64,000 bases of DNA from Eledone cirrhosa (Eukaryota): positions 20,522,001 to 20,586,000 of the forward strand of contig OZ024741.1 of the NCBI GenBank assembly GCA_964016885.1. The letters run 5' to 3'. The first letter of the stretch is position 1; each line of letters starts with the position of its first letter. This document shows, piece by piece, positions 28,245-40,409 of the stretch. The notes beneath the pieces were generated by a model, which was not told where the DNA came from, did not search any database, and saw only the letters and a program-made list of their open reading frames with translations. A program made the translations under genes and the position numbers.

Positions 28245-28327
28245 ATACACGCAGTAAACAGTTCCCCTAAAAGACCGTTACGCATGTTTACAAAAAAATA
28301 TACATACATACATACATACAAAAACAT

Positions 28328-28409
28328 TGGCAGCGGTGGAATTCGAACCCACGCCTCCTAAGAGACTGGTGCCTTAAACCAGCGCCTTAGACCGCTCGGC
28401 CACACTACC
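28328..28409 (-). tRNA. tRNA-Leu(AAG)
   Basis: GGTAGTGTGGCCGAGCGGTCTAAGGCGCTGGTTTAAGGCACCAGTCTCTTAGGAGGCGTGGGTTCGAATTCCACCGCTGCCA, 82 nt; paired anticodon stem, long variable arm, intact A/B boxes, T5 terminator a few nt downstream. Confidence 0.93.
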
Positions 28410-28569
28410 ACGTTATAACTAATATATTCTGTTATAGTATTTAACATATGTGGTATTACTTTATCTTTTAACAAATAAAATTAATCTTCTTTGATTGGGG
28501 TTTGCCCGTAAAATCTGTTCAGTAATTATTCCCTGAGACATTCTAGCCACATACCCATAATAGCAGAGC

Positions 28570-28980
28570 TATCAACACTCAATTCGGAGAAACAGTGGCT
28601 CTACTTGGAGTGACTCTCATATCTCTATCGAGTAACGTTAATTCAAAGACCCTTCGGAGGAATCTCATTTCGGCCGCTTTTATTCGAGATCGTATTCTTT
28701 CGGTCATTACCCAAGATTCATAACCATAGGCAAGGGTTGGCACGAATACCGAATTGAAGATAATGAGTTTGGCTTTTACACCTACCTCCCTTCTCCTGAT
28801 GACCGAAGGCCGAATCTGAGGCATTACTGAACCAGCTGCAATACCTTTTGAATTTAATTCAGCTTTCTGCCCTCCATCATTCATGATCACAGCCCCGAGA
28901 TACCTGAACTTCACCTGTTTCAGTCTACCTCCACTTACATGCAGAGTGCAATACTCAGGCTTCCGCGAGAGGAGGACTGT
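28570..28980 (-). mobile_element. RTE-type LINE post-RT fragment
   Basis: KFRYLG...PTLAYGYESW...AAEMRFLRR. Confidence 0.8.
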
Positions 28981-29291
28981 GCAGTAAACCTAACAAATCA
29001 CAAATACTAGAGTATTTGTTTAGGGCCTGCAAGACAATAATAAGTTGTCCATCTTTCCTTTACACACAGATTCCCTAAAAGTTTGTTATTTCCAGTGGCG
29101 GACTGGGTCTAAAAATATTGGTTGCCAGGAGATAAAGGGGGCCCACCCACATATAGAATGCTATAATTTAATTTTTATAATGAATAAATAACATTTTCAA
29201 AAATACATAAGTAAAAACAAAACAGTGCAATCAAATTTTTACGGGAAAAACGTGTACTATTTTTTTTTACTAATTATAGTGTATATATACT

Positions 29292-30985
29292 TTTAGCAGA
29301 TGATAAGGGTAATTTAATGTAGTAACAAAGTTGCTAGAGGAAATAATGTAATTGTTATAACGCCACGAGTAATCAGCTTGGTAGAAAGATGTGTTAGTCA
29401 TATCGACAAACGAGTAACTTGATAACAACGTCAACAAGAAGAATGTTCGTGAGATGAAAAGTATGTTTATTTGTTGTGGCACAAAGTAATGTTTTGTTAA
29501 ATGATATAATTGTAGTTGAACCTAAAACAGGTTACAAAAGGAATGTGCCATTGTGCCAGGCCCGAGGCAGGCCGGCAGGCCAAAGTGCAAAATCTCACCG
29601 TTACATGTTGTTCAGGATGCGAGAGGCTGATTCTCCAAATCCTCGCGGGGAATTTCTGCCTCAGGGCGCGTAGGGATACATCCTCTTCTACTGGCGCTGA
29701 TTGGCTGAGCTGAGCCAAATCACGCACAGAGAATGTATGTGAGCCCGCGGAATGTACGTCACTACAATACTCCTCCTCTAGTCGTAAGACGATACAGATT
29801 ATTGAATCAGCAGGAAAAAATGCTGAAAGAGCACATCAGTGAAAAAAAAAAATTGAACAGAAGAATGCATGCAAGAAAAAAAATGAGGCGTTAAGGGCCG
29901 TGTTGAGCCGCTGCGTCAAATGACTAGCTGTTTTGTAGTTTATACGTGACCACCAAGGGTCTAACAGAAAACGGATAAAGTCTGACATGGGCGAAGTTGC
30001 TGTTCTTGCATTAAATGTTAATGGTAAATGTTGTACCATTAGCTGTGGATGAAGCTATTATGGTAGTTTACCAGTGCTGGAGAGAAAATGATGGGTAGAC
30101 GAGAAAATGTCGGCCTCCCAGATGTATTGCCGAATGTGCTAGGGAGCCAGGAAAATGGCTGGTTGCTTTGAAAAGAAAAAAGCAAGTTGAATCTGTAGGT
30201 GGATAGTAGTTGCAGTGTAAATTCCATAATTCCGGCGAATCCACAGAAGTGGTGGAGATGCTGACAGGTCCAGTTCTATTTATTGTTTTCCCAGTGAGTC
30301 GGGTAAGGTAACAAGATGGAGGTTGTTATGGACGATGAGTGCGCAACAAGACGCGAAGCTGTTTGAATCCAGCTGCAATTAGCATTCTCGTGTTGCGGTG
30401 CCTGTTTGAATCCAGGTGAATTAAGCTCTATGAGTCGTTAGCATGTGTCGGCACCTCAACCAGGTGAAAAGGGATCTCGCAGAATATTACGTTTGAAGAA
30501 CATATACTAAGAACAACATATTGGTGTGTATCAAAGAAATATGTGTGCATATGCAGGCATGTAATACAGCAAATAATGTGTGGGTGCAGTCATATATACA
30601 ATGATAAAGAAAATGATGCAGTCATATATACAATGATAAAAAAAAAAATAATGTTTTCATATAATGCAGTTCTAAAAGAATAAATGTCCGGACATTGCCT
30701 GTAAATAGAGAAAGAAAGAAATAATTGTTTCTTGAAACAAAGTTCGCTTTTTCTTTTCTTTGGGATCACTCTTACTAGGAAGCTAGTAGAGTTGTTGTTG
30801 ATGTTGTTAAAGCAAAGTCACAGCGAATCTTCTGTAGAATCGAAGCTGAGCGTTGAAGAGCCTAGAGTCACCAATATGCCAACACGTCTGACGCCATAGT
30901 GGTGAGAAGACTGATGTCTTAATTTCTCGAGTCCCTGTGGTAACGAGACAGAAGGTATGGTGGTTGAGTCGTGTAGGTCACTACA
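29292..30985 (-). mobile_element. Non-autonomous LTR element copy A (5' LTR almost wholly deleted)
   Basis: Colinear with 40492-42075; one LTR at 29292-29766 and a short LTR-start remnant TGTAGGTCACTACA at the right end; TACT on both flanks (4-bp TSD). Confidence 0.8.
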
Positions 30986-31851
30986 TACTGTATATATAAC
31001 TGTTTCTACTTTAGGCACAAGGCCAGCAATTACCCAGTACATTACTGGTACTTTATTTTATTGACCCCGTAAGGATGAAAAGCAAAGTTAACCTCGGCGG
31101 GATTTGAACTCAGAAACTGGCAGTATACAGTAATACTAAATGTTAATACAGAATGTTATAATTGAATTTTTAAATAATAGTGAATATATAGTATATTGTA
31201 TAGTATACTGTTATTTAGAGTAGAGTGTGCAGGCGATCGTTGTTACCTTCTCCAATAAAAAATATAAAGTACATTGCGAAATATACACATCCAGAGACTT
31301 ACAATAATGACCTTTGGCCTTTCACACTCTCTCAATATATATAGCTGGGAGTGTGTGTATGTGTGTACACGTATATGTGTATATATAGATTTATATATAT
31401 GTATACATACATGTTTTCTACTTGTACAAAACTGATTTGGCGACTCATTCTCCCTAGGGACTTTAGACTGAAGAACTGACCACTAATTGATTTTGCGCAT
31501 CTCCCTTACCATCCTCCGGGTAAACGCCTTCTCCATTCTGTTCGCCGGGGCTGTGGGGGAAGCCAGCACGTAGGATCCTATTTGCTCACCATACGGAGAG
31601 ATAGGGAGGGCGAGAGAAATGGAGGCGATGACAGTGGGAGTTCGGCTCTTCTTTCATGTTTACTTAGGTTACTATTGTATTTTTATTTACCATGGCCAGA
31701 TACTTTTTGAAAAATTATTTGGTCAGCAGCTCGTGTGTATGTATAAATATATATGTATATGTAGAAGTTCTATTTAAATTGTTGGGATACAACAAGCAAA
31801 TATTTTCATAACTGATATAAAGCACTCAACAAATTATTGGAGTAAAAATAA

Positions 31852-32210
31852 GATATATTGACAAATGGAAACTATATTTATAAAACCATATTTATTTCAT
31901 TATACATATTTCAAGGACACCAAGTTAAATTATGGTGTGTTTTCATCAGATAAAATATAATATAGATCAGTTTTATAAATAAATATTGACATACCCTTAA
32001 AGAATGCGACCATTTCTGTTGGAAGCTATCCGGGAGCTTCCAACAGAAATGGTCGCATTCTTTAAGGGTATCTCAATATTTATTTATAAAACTGATCTAT
32101 ATTATATTTTATCTAATGAAAGCACACCATAATTTAACTTGGTGTCCTTGTAATATGTATAATGAAATAAATATGGTTTTATAAATATAGTTTCCATTTG
32201 TCAATATATC
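31852..32210. repeat. 359-bp near-perfect palindrome (176-bp arms, 7-nt loop)
   Basis: 31852-32027 versus 32035-32210, about four mismatches, loop ATCCGGG. Confidence 0.95.
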
Positions 32211-32263
<53 letters not shown>

Positions 32264-32267
<4 letters not shown>

Positions 32268-34591
32268 ATCTCTTTCTCTTAATTTCTAGTATATTTTTTT
32301 TGACCGGCCACCTTCCTGGTGGCAAGGTTGTAAAACAAAAGAAGTTGTCATCCCTTGAATCGCAAGAATGTTTTGCAAATTTTGAAGGTGCCAGCTATCG
32401 CAGCCATTTGTAGACTATGAATTAGGGAGCTGCGCTTTTTGTCCGCAAATCCGAGTTCAGTCATACTTTGGTCCAAACGGGTTGGTATATAACCCGTAGC
32501 TCCAATAATGATGGGTATGAAGCTAAAGGTGTATCTTGGATACTGGATTTGTAAACTCCTCATCAATGGTCCGTAGATGTCCTCCTTCTCCTGTATTTTT
32601 CTGACAACGTTTACATCAAGTGGGCAGCTGATCTCCACAACAGAACACGTTTTCAATGTGTGGTCCCAAACAACAATATCAGGCCGGTTGTGCTTTAATT
32701 TGGTGGCAGTTTTTATTTTCAGGTTCCACCAGTATTCCTTAGTGCCATCTGTCTCAATATATTCTTCCTCGTTTGTTGTTAATTTTGTTTTCCGAAGTGC
32801 GTTCCAGATGGTTCTAGCTATCCCATAGTGTCTCATGGGGAGGTAGTAGCGAGATGACATTCTTTCGCAGCTGGCAACAATGTGGCTTACATCCTCGATC
32901 TTTGTTTTACATAGCCTACATTTATTGTCAGTTGCTGGCCCTCCTCTTTTGTGCAGCAGATATTTGGTAGGGAGTTCTTGTTCCTGTATTGCATAGAGAT
33001 ATCACTCAAGGTGTGATGTCATAAACTTGTCGGAACTCCATGCCAGGCTTTTTGAGTGGTTTATCCCCTCTATGGTCTGTGTTTTACGTCTCAAGTATCC
33101 ATGCACAACTTTTTCTGTAAGTTGGTCAATTTTTTTATCTTGTTTGAACATTGAATAGGATCTTCCGATTTCTCTAGGTGAGAGATTTATATCAGGCTTT
33201 ATTCCATATCTCTCCTCCAGATCAGTCGCTATTTTAATGATATTTCTTTTTTCATGGTCATAAACCTGGGCAAGATGGTTGCCAACCTTTTTCCTCTGTT
33301 GAAGGTGTTGCTTCAGTGTCACTATCCGGGTCTCATATGTTGTTAATATTGATTTTAGACCCCGGCCACCTTCCTTGCGTGAGAAGTATAGCCTATCCAC
33401 ATCACCATTGATGTTAAAGTTCCCAGTAACACTGAGAAGTTTGCGAATTCTAACATCCATCTCACTTAGTTCTTGCAATGACCAGTTCAGCAGGCCAAAT
33501 GTTGGCGTTAGAATTGGCGCAGCATAAGTATTGTGGGCAATGTATTTGTTGTACGCTGACAGTTCTGATGACCATATTTTCTTTACTCTTCTGAGGTATT
33601 CAGTTCTGGTTCTCTCCTTATTTATGGGTCCATCATATCTGACATTCTCATCCTGTCCAAGATATCTGTAGTTGTCACCTGACTGTAGAGGTTGTATTGT
33701 CAGGCCGTTCATCTCTAGATTTCTAGAGGAGGACACAGCTCTTCCACGTTTTACTGCCAAATATGCACACTTGGACTCACCGAATTTCATTTTGATGTCG
33801 GTTGAAAATTGTGTAATGAGGTTCAATTGTTTCTTGATGTCATTGATATTTGGCCCATACAACTTCAGGTCATCAACAAAGAAAAGATGGGAGATACTTC
33901 TGGACCCACTTCTTTGTCCACCTTGTTTCTTGAGTAGGTAAGATAGTGGATTCAGTGACAGAACGAAAAGTAGCACTGACACGCTATCACCCTGAAAGAT
34001 GCCCTTCTGGTAATGTATCCTATCAGTCTTAACCTGCTCCTTCTCACCTCTAAGGATCAAATTGGTGTACCAGTTCTTGGTCAGGCGTTCAACAGCAGCT
34101 ACCAATGGTTGTGGGACTTTGGCTAACTGTAAAGCCTTAATAAGCCACCCATGAGGTACACTATCAAATGCTTTTTGATAGTCCAGCCACACCACAGTCA
34201 TGTTTCTGCGATTCTTTGTTGTTTTTTCCTGAATCATTTTGTTAGTTAGTAGGTGATCTATGCAACCCCACACTTCCCTCTTTCCACCAGCTTGCTCAGG
34301 TGTTATGATGTTGTTGGTAGCACAGTGATCCTGTAAGAACAGGTTAAGGCACCCAGTATATAATTTATACATGATGTTTTGGCAGGATATTGGGCGGTAA
34401 TCTTTAGCAAGGTGGTTTGGCTATTTTGGGGAATGAGGAGAGTAGTGGCAGTTGATAACCATCTGGGCAGTTCTTGTGTGCCTTTAATGGTTTCTGTAAA
34501 CAGCCGTATGAGATCTTGCCGATAGAAAGTGAAATTCTTCAAACAGTATCCTGTAATGAGGTCTGGGCCTGGCGATTTCCTATTCGACATT

Positions 34592-34597
<6 letters not shown>
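32264..34597 (-). mobile_element. R4/Dong-type LINE (RT-CCHC-RLE), 5'-truncated, inside (TA)n
   Basis: WLDYQKAFDSVPH, GIFQGDS, HLFFVDDLKLY, YRYLG, CRLC..EDVSHIVASC, NRPDIVVWD...VEISCP..K. One in-frame stop (33002) and one frameshift; (TA)n on both sides. Confidence 0.92.
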
Positions 34598-34654
<57 letters not shown>

Positions 34655-35175
34655 AAAGAATAGAGGTGTAACACACAAGTTATTATATATTGGTAAACGG
34701 AATAGAAAATGCTGACAAATTGTTCACAGTGAAAAATAGTTTAATTAGGAATAAATGAGAATTAGTAATTGTATTGGTTAGTAATCAGTTTTGGTTTTAA
34801 GTTTTACCGGTTGCGCATTTCTAAATGCTTTTCAAAAATAATTTTGAGATAGAGCGTCCGTGATGTTTGCTCTGATCTGATTAGTTTTGGGAATTCTACC
34901 TGTTTTTATGTTAAAAAAGTGGCTCCAGCGCTCTTAAAATTGTTTTTTTGCGCCAATTCATGTTGCAAAAATCTTGTGATCAAAACAATTTTGATTGGTC
35001 GGTAGAGGTCATGTGAATGTAAAAAATTGATTTTGCGCCAAGACTGAGAAATGACTCTTTCACAACAAATATGTGTGTGTGTGTAGTAGGAGTAAAGTGT
35101 TCGTTGTTGTGATAATGGTTAGCAGGGATGTGTGTGCGAACAGCAGCCTGTTGACAGTTCAAATGCCTATTAAGA

Positions 35176-35250
<75 letters not shown>

Positions 35251-35372
35251 CTATATATATATCTATATCCAAAATTAAGATAATCAAGATTATGGGTGTC
35301 ATGCCAGAAAGACATGCGCCATATCACCCGCAAAATAAGCTCTAAGATTCTAACGAATAGGTCCGAGCATTT

Positions 35373-35853
35373 TATAATAACTAGAAATTGATTAACATAT
35401 AAATAAACATGAATAATCACAGGATATAGATATATAAATACGGCTCCTTAATTGTAGAGCTAACTCTGTTGAAAGGATTTGACTGCTGTTTCTAGTTGTC
35501 GATAACCCTATTCACGCCACTGTGACGAAGCTGGTGTGATGTGTGTATTTCTAGTAGATACAGCACGTGTTGCTGGCCAGTCGCTGATTTGAACTTGAAG
35601 TGTAAACATAGATCGCTGGACTTCTTCCTTGTTGAAAATCCAAGTACCGGCCTCCATGGTTTACCATTCGATTAATTGGTGAAATATATTTCTTTAATGG
35701 AATATATACAGGGAAGATTAATCATATTATAATGTATCTATTTTTGAAGTTCTGGTTAACTTTATTTAGTTACCTACCTAGCTATGTGTTACACACTTGT
35801 AAATTATCTCCTGTGATTATTCATGTTTATTTATATGTTAATCAATTTCTAGT

Positions 35854-35860
<7 letters not shown>
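35373..35860. repeat. ~52-bp inverted repeats flanking ~385 bp next to (TA)n; possible Penelope-like end or MITE
   Basis: TATAATAACTAGAAATTG...ATCACAGGA at ~35373-35424 and its reverse complement at ~35809-35860. Confidence 0.7.
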
Positions 35861-35899
<39 letters not shown>

Positions 35900-35970
35900 G
35901 TTATTCCGGGTTGAATCGGAGGTAACCACAGTAAGTAAGGTACTCAATACATTGCAGAGTATAAACGTTT

Positions 35971-36017
35971 TTTCCTGATGATTTCTAAAGAATGAAACAG
36001 TTCTATTCCTGTAGAAT
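35971..36017 (+). ncRNA. Type I hammerhead-ribozyme-like motif
   Basis: TTC-CTGATGA-t-TTC(taaa)GAA-t-GAA-ACAG(ttctattc)CTGT-A-GAA: all core boxes in order, GUA cleavage triplet, short stems I and II. Confidence 0.55.
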
Positions 36018-36056
36018 CTCATCTATATTAAAACTTATATATATATATATATATAT

Positions 36057-36630
36057 ATGGTGGCTGCCAACTCGTTTTCGAGTACGGCCACCACTTTATA
36101 TCCATGTAGGAGAACCCCTACCGATGCGCTGAACGAGTGTGACTTTTTAGTCCAGTCAGCGACTTGAAAACTCTGGTACAAACACTACACTTGTGACAAT
36201 TATTGACACATAGTGCTGGGCCCATGGTACCATGTGGCGACAAGTGCAGAGAGATCTCCAGATATAAAGCAATGCATGTGCCGTGAAGCTTTTATAGTGA
36301 GCAAAGGCACTGCACAAAGCCAGTCCCACTCTCTTAACCAAGATGATATTTACCAAAAAGAAGAACAAGTCAACATCATTGGATACCATCAGGGTTGCAG
36401 GTGTTATATCAGAGTTTCCCTTCTCCTAGAATTCTGCCTTGACAATGGCTAAGGGGTCATCTCTCCCGGTGATTTTGGATGGCCATTGACTCTTAAGAGC
36501 TCCTTTGCCCTTTGACAGGTTTTGTTTTTAGTCCTGCAGGATGTCCAAAGTCACCCTCCTCACCAAGAAACCTTGGTGGGGTTGCCAGTTTAGTCGCCAA
36601 CGACCCAACCATGGGACAGGTTGTACTGGA
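36057..36630 (-). mobile_element. Third bipartite RTE derivative
   Basis: 5'-region homology to 1020-1525 fused to KCSVCTRVFKSLTGLKSHTRSAHR* and an RTE-like 3' stem end. Confidence 0.7.
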
Positions 36631-37493
36631 ATATATATATATATACTTACATATATATATACAAATAAAGATTCAGCGAGAATCGCATTTTCGGCGGGCA
36701 GGAAAAAGCGAAGCGAAACGCAAAAATCATATATATATGCATGTGTGTGTCCATGTATGCATCATAAATGAATACAATAAGCTATAAATTTAGACAACCA
36801 GTGATTCCAACTATTAGCACTATTATATGGGTTTCTATTAATTCCCTAGGAATTGTTTGACCAAATGCTTTGTCTATTTGTTTATTTACTTTTTAAAATT
36901 TGTTATACTTTCTCTAAGACTTTTTTTTAAAAGATATTTTTTGAAAGCAAAGCATTGGTCCCTAAAATATCACAATGGGTTTCTGCAAAGGTACCGTGGA
37001 CTCCCTGGGGCCCACTTGCCATTGGGCAACCTAGCCAGTCCGCCACTGTATATATACATATATATGTGCAAGGGCCTTGTTTCAGGGGGGGGGGGGTACC
37101 AGAAGACAAGTCCCCCACCCCCTACACACACACACTTTTTCAAAAGTCTATATTTAATTTTTTATTTATTTGATATAATAAATTCTTTTTAAGCTTATTT
37201 TTTTATATCTGAACTTTATTTGCATATATAAAATGTAATTAGCATAACATTTTACTTATGTGATAGGGTCCGGGAAAGGTACTATAAGTAATTTATGCTC
37301 CTTTAATAATCAACAAATGTTAGTTTGTGCCCCTCACAATTTTAAGGCAAACGAGGCCCCTGTATATGTGTGTGTATGTATGTGGGGGGTATGTGTGTGA
37401 GTGTATGCATGTGTGTGTGTGTGTGTACATACATACACGTGTGTATTATTGTTTATAGAGGAAGATTGTATGTTTATGGTAGCATGTGTTGAC

Positions 37494-37514
37494 TTTTCCC
37501 GCCACCCCACGTGA
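37494..37514 (+). promoter_or_regulatory. Adjacent E2F-like site (TTTCCCGC) and E-box (CACGTG) upstream of the RPIA-like exon
   Basis: TTTTCCCGCCACCCCACGTGA, ~100 bp before the first ATG, in a locally CpG-rich non-repetitive stretch. Confidence 0.45.
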
Positions 37515-37608
37515 TAGTCTGCACGAGCAGTAGTTCGCTGTACGCCTCGTTCTCAATCTCGTTGTCACGCTGTTGTATCGCTATTAGTTGTATATTACGT
37601 CTGTTTAC

Positions 37609-37788
37609 ATGATTCTTTTGCGGTTCTTTCTTCGATCTTCTCCCACACACATCTCTAGCATCAATCGAATCTGTTCAATATCATCACCTTGTACATTCTC
37701 ACAAAAAACTGCTCAGTTTGGAACCATGCCTTCCGTCGATGAATGTAAGAAATCTGCAGCTTATACAGCCGTCAATCACCACGTCCAT
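37609..37788 (+). CDS. RPIA: Probable first coding exon of ribose-5-phosphate isomerase A (second ATG at 37726)
   Basis: MPSVDECKKSAAYTAVNHHVH followed by a consensus GTAAGT donor in phase 0; resembles the RpiA N-terminal helix (EEAKKLAGRAAVENHVR in human) that precedes GIGSGST; ACCATG context. Exon 2 not found in the window. Confidence 0.68.
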
Positions 37789-39012
37789 GTAAGTTTCAAC
37801 AAATGTTGTTTATTATATTTCAAACATTAAAAACATCATCACTGATTCTACTCACAGAATCTTTTTCACCTTCGATTACTTTTTATTTTTTCAATCGGAA
37901 ACCAACGATTTCTTTTGTATTTTTAATGTTTACATTTTTACTATAATTATAACCTATTTACGTATTTTATATGTATATATATGAACTTTACTCCCTTTCT
38001 TTCCACCCATATCATCCTTTCTATCATCCTAGAAGAAAGATGCTGCCATATTTTTTATTACGCCGTCTTTCTAGAATATTTTACTAAGCTTTCTCTATTT
38101 TTTCCTTTTCACTTATTCGGAGATCCTGAGAAAACAGCACACGAAGATTTATAATCTTTTTATTAATGAATACACCTTTATTGACATTAGTTGTTCTAAT
38201 CTCGAATTAACAGCACGTGTTTCTTCCAAAAGACACGTGTGTACTGATACAGACAAAACATTAATTTCGCATCTTTATAGTTTAGTTTTGTTGCAGTTAA
38301 CTACTCTAAATTAGAGAAGAGGACAATTTAACTTATATTGTGTAATTTTTTAAGTTGCGTGTTGTTCCAGAAAGCTGTGTTATTAAATGAAAATACCTCA
38401 GCTTCTAATAACAGTGAAGTTACTAAAACAGATAGCTTGATAGCTTTTTAATGTTGAAAAATAAAACAGTAAATGTGTATGTAATATAAATAATTGTTTC
38501 TACCTTTGGCACAAGGCCAGCAAAGACCCAGTGCATTACTGGTACTTTATTTTATCGACCCCGTAAGGATGAAAGGTAGTAAATATGATTCTTCGTTTAA
38601 TCTCAAAATGTTGCGATAAAATACACTTATAGTAATCTCGTTGAGAAAACTTTCGTTATCCATGCGATTAGTAGAAAAAATGTCCCTTTAAGCGCGTTTA
38701 AAGCCTAAAAATAACAAGTAAGGCAGATTAGGTCAATAGGATCAACTAAGCCTACTGTTGATTGAAACGGACATATTTCGGTCGTATTAAACTTTTTCAG
38801 TGAAGCATATTTTACGTTGTTGAAAAGTGATCAATATATATGGTGATTATAGGAAATGTGAGAATCATTAAAACTACAAATATCTCTCTTGCGGTAAATT
38901 TCAACAGTACCTAGACTATTAAATCAACTATAATATGCCACATGTGTTTGCGTGTATATATTACTTTTTTACCAGTTCCAGCCATTCGGCTGAGGCCATA
39001 CTAGGGAACCGT

Positions 39013-39047
<35 letters not shown>

Positions 39048-40170
39048 AATTCAATACATTGTGAACTGATTTTTGTTTTTGTCCCTCCCTCCTTTTCTCT
39101 TCTTTCTGATCATATATTTTGGTACATTATATTTGTAATAGATAATTGTATTTATTATATATATTTATATTTCCATTCTGAAAGAATTGTGGGCAATTTG
39201 TAATGTTATTTATACAACTGTGAATAAAATACATATCTTATATCAAGTTGCTACAATGTTCACTCTCTAATCACTGTGTCCCGGATTTTAACCCTATATT
39301 TGTCGCTATAAATAGTTAATTATGTAAAATGAAAACATAAGGGTTAATGGAATTGATTTAAATAGATTTAAATCTGTATGTCATTTGTCGTATATTTCTG
39401 TAATGATATGCTAGACATAAATTACTGAAATAGTTTTATCTTTAATCACTTCTTCGCGTCAGTAATTAACAAAAACTATGAGGTTTTTCAAAATGTAAAT
39501 TTCCCAGCGTGTATGATTGTTCATATATATCCAATAATCCTAGAACATATGGACTCGGTGGTGGATTGGCAGTATTGGTAGAGGGTCGGACGCCATGCTT
39601 TCCAGCATAGTTACGTCCCTTTACGGTCTGAGTTCAAATCCCGCCGAGGTTAACTTTGCCTTTCATCCTTACGGAGTCGATAAAATAAAGTACCAGTAAT
39701 GTACTGCGTATTTGCGGCCTTGTGCCAAAAGTAGAAACAATTATTGGACTCCAGAGATTTAATACTCTCATCTCATTATTGACGGTAACCTATAGATCGA
39801 TCATTGTAGCTAGTTGGAAAATCGATTACATTCTGCTACTCTAACTTTTAGAAATCGAACAATGTTTCCAATATATCTTGTTTCTTTCCATTTTAATGTT
39901 TAGCCCCCAGTAACGCCTGATCCCGCAGGTCTAGGATCAAATGTGTCCAATGATGACCATCACATATAAATCTATATTTCATGTTTAATATAGAAATGGC
40001 TTCTACAGGACTAGAACTGTTTCATTTATATTAAACATAGTGTTTACACTCTACTAATGTACTGAGTACCTTACTGTGGATACCCCCGATTGAACCATGG
40101 ACTCATTACACACGTATATATATATATATTGAAACATATGTAGAATAGATATGTTTTAAGTATAACTCTA

Positions 40171-40247
<77 letters not shown>

Positions 40248-40409
40248 CAACTCATTCAGCCTATTATATAACAGGCTGAATGAGTTGGGGTGTATAACCT
40301 TATGAAACTTAAGTACCTGTATATGTCACTGTTGTAACTAATTATACTTAACTCGTCCTATGAACTGCGTACTCTTACCTTTGGATATTTCTACTAAACT
40401 TACACTACA

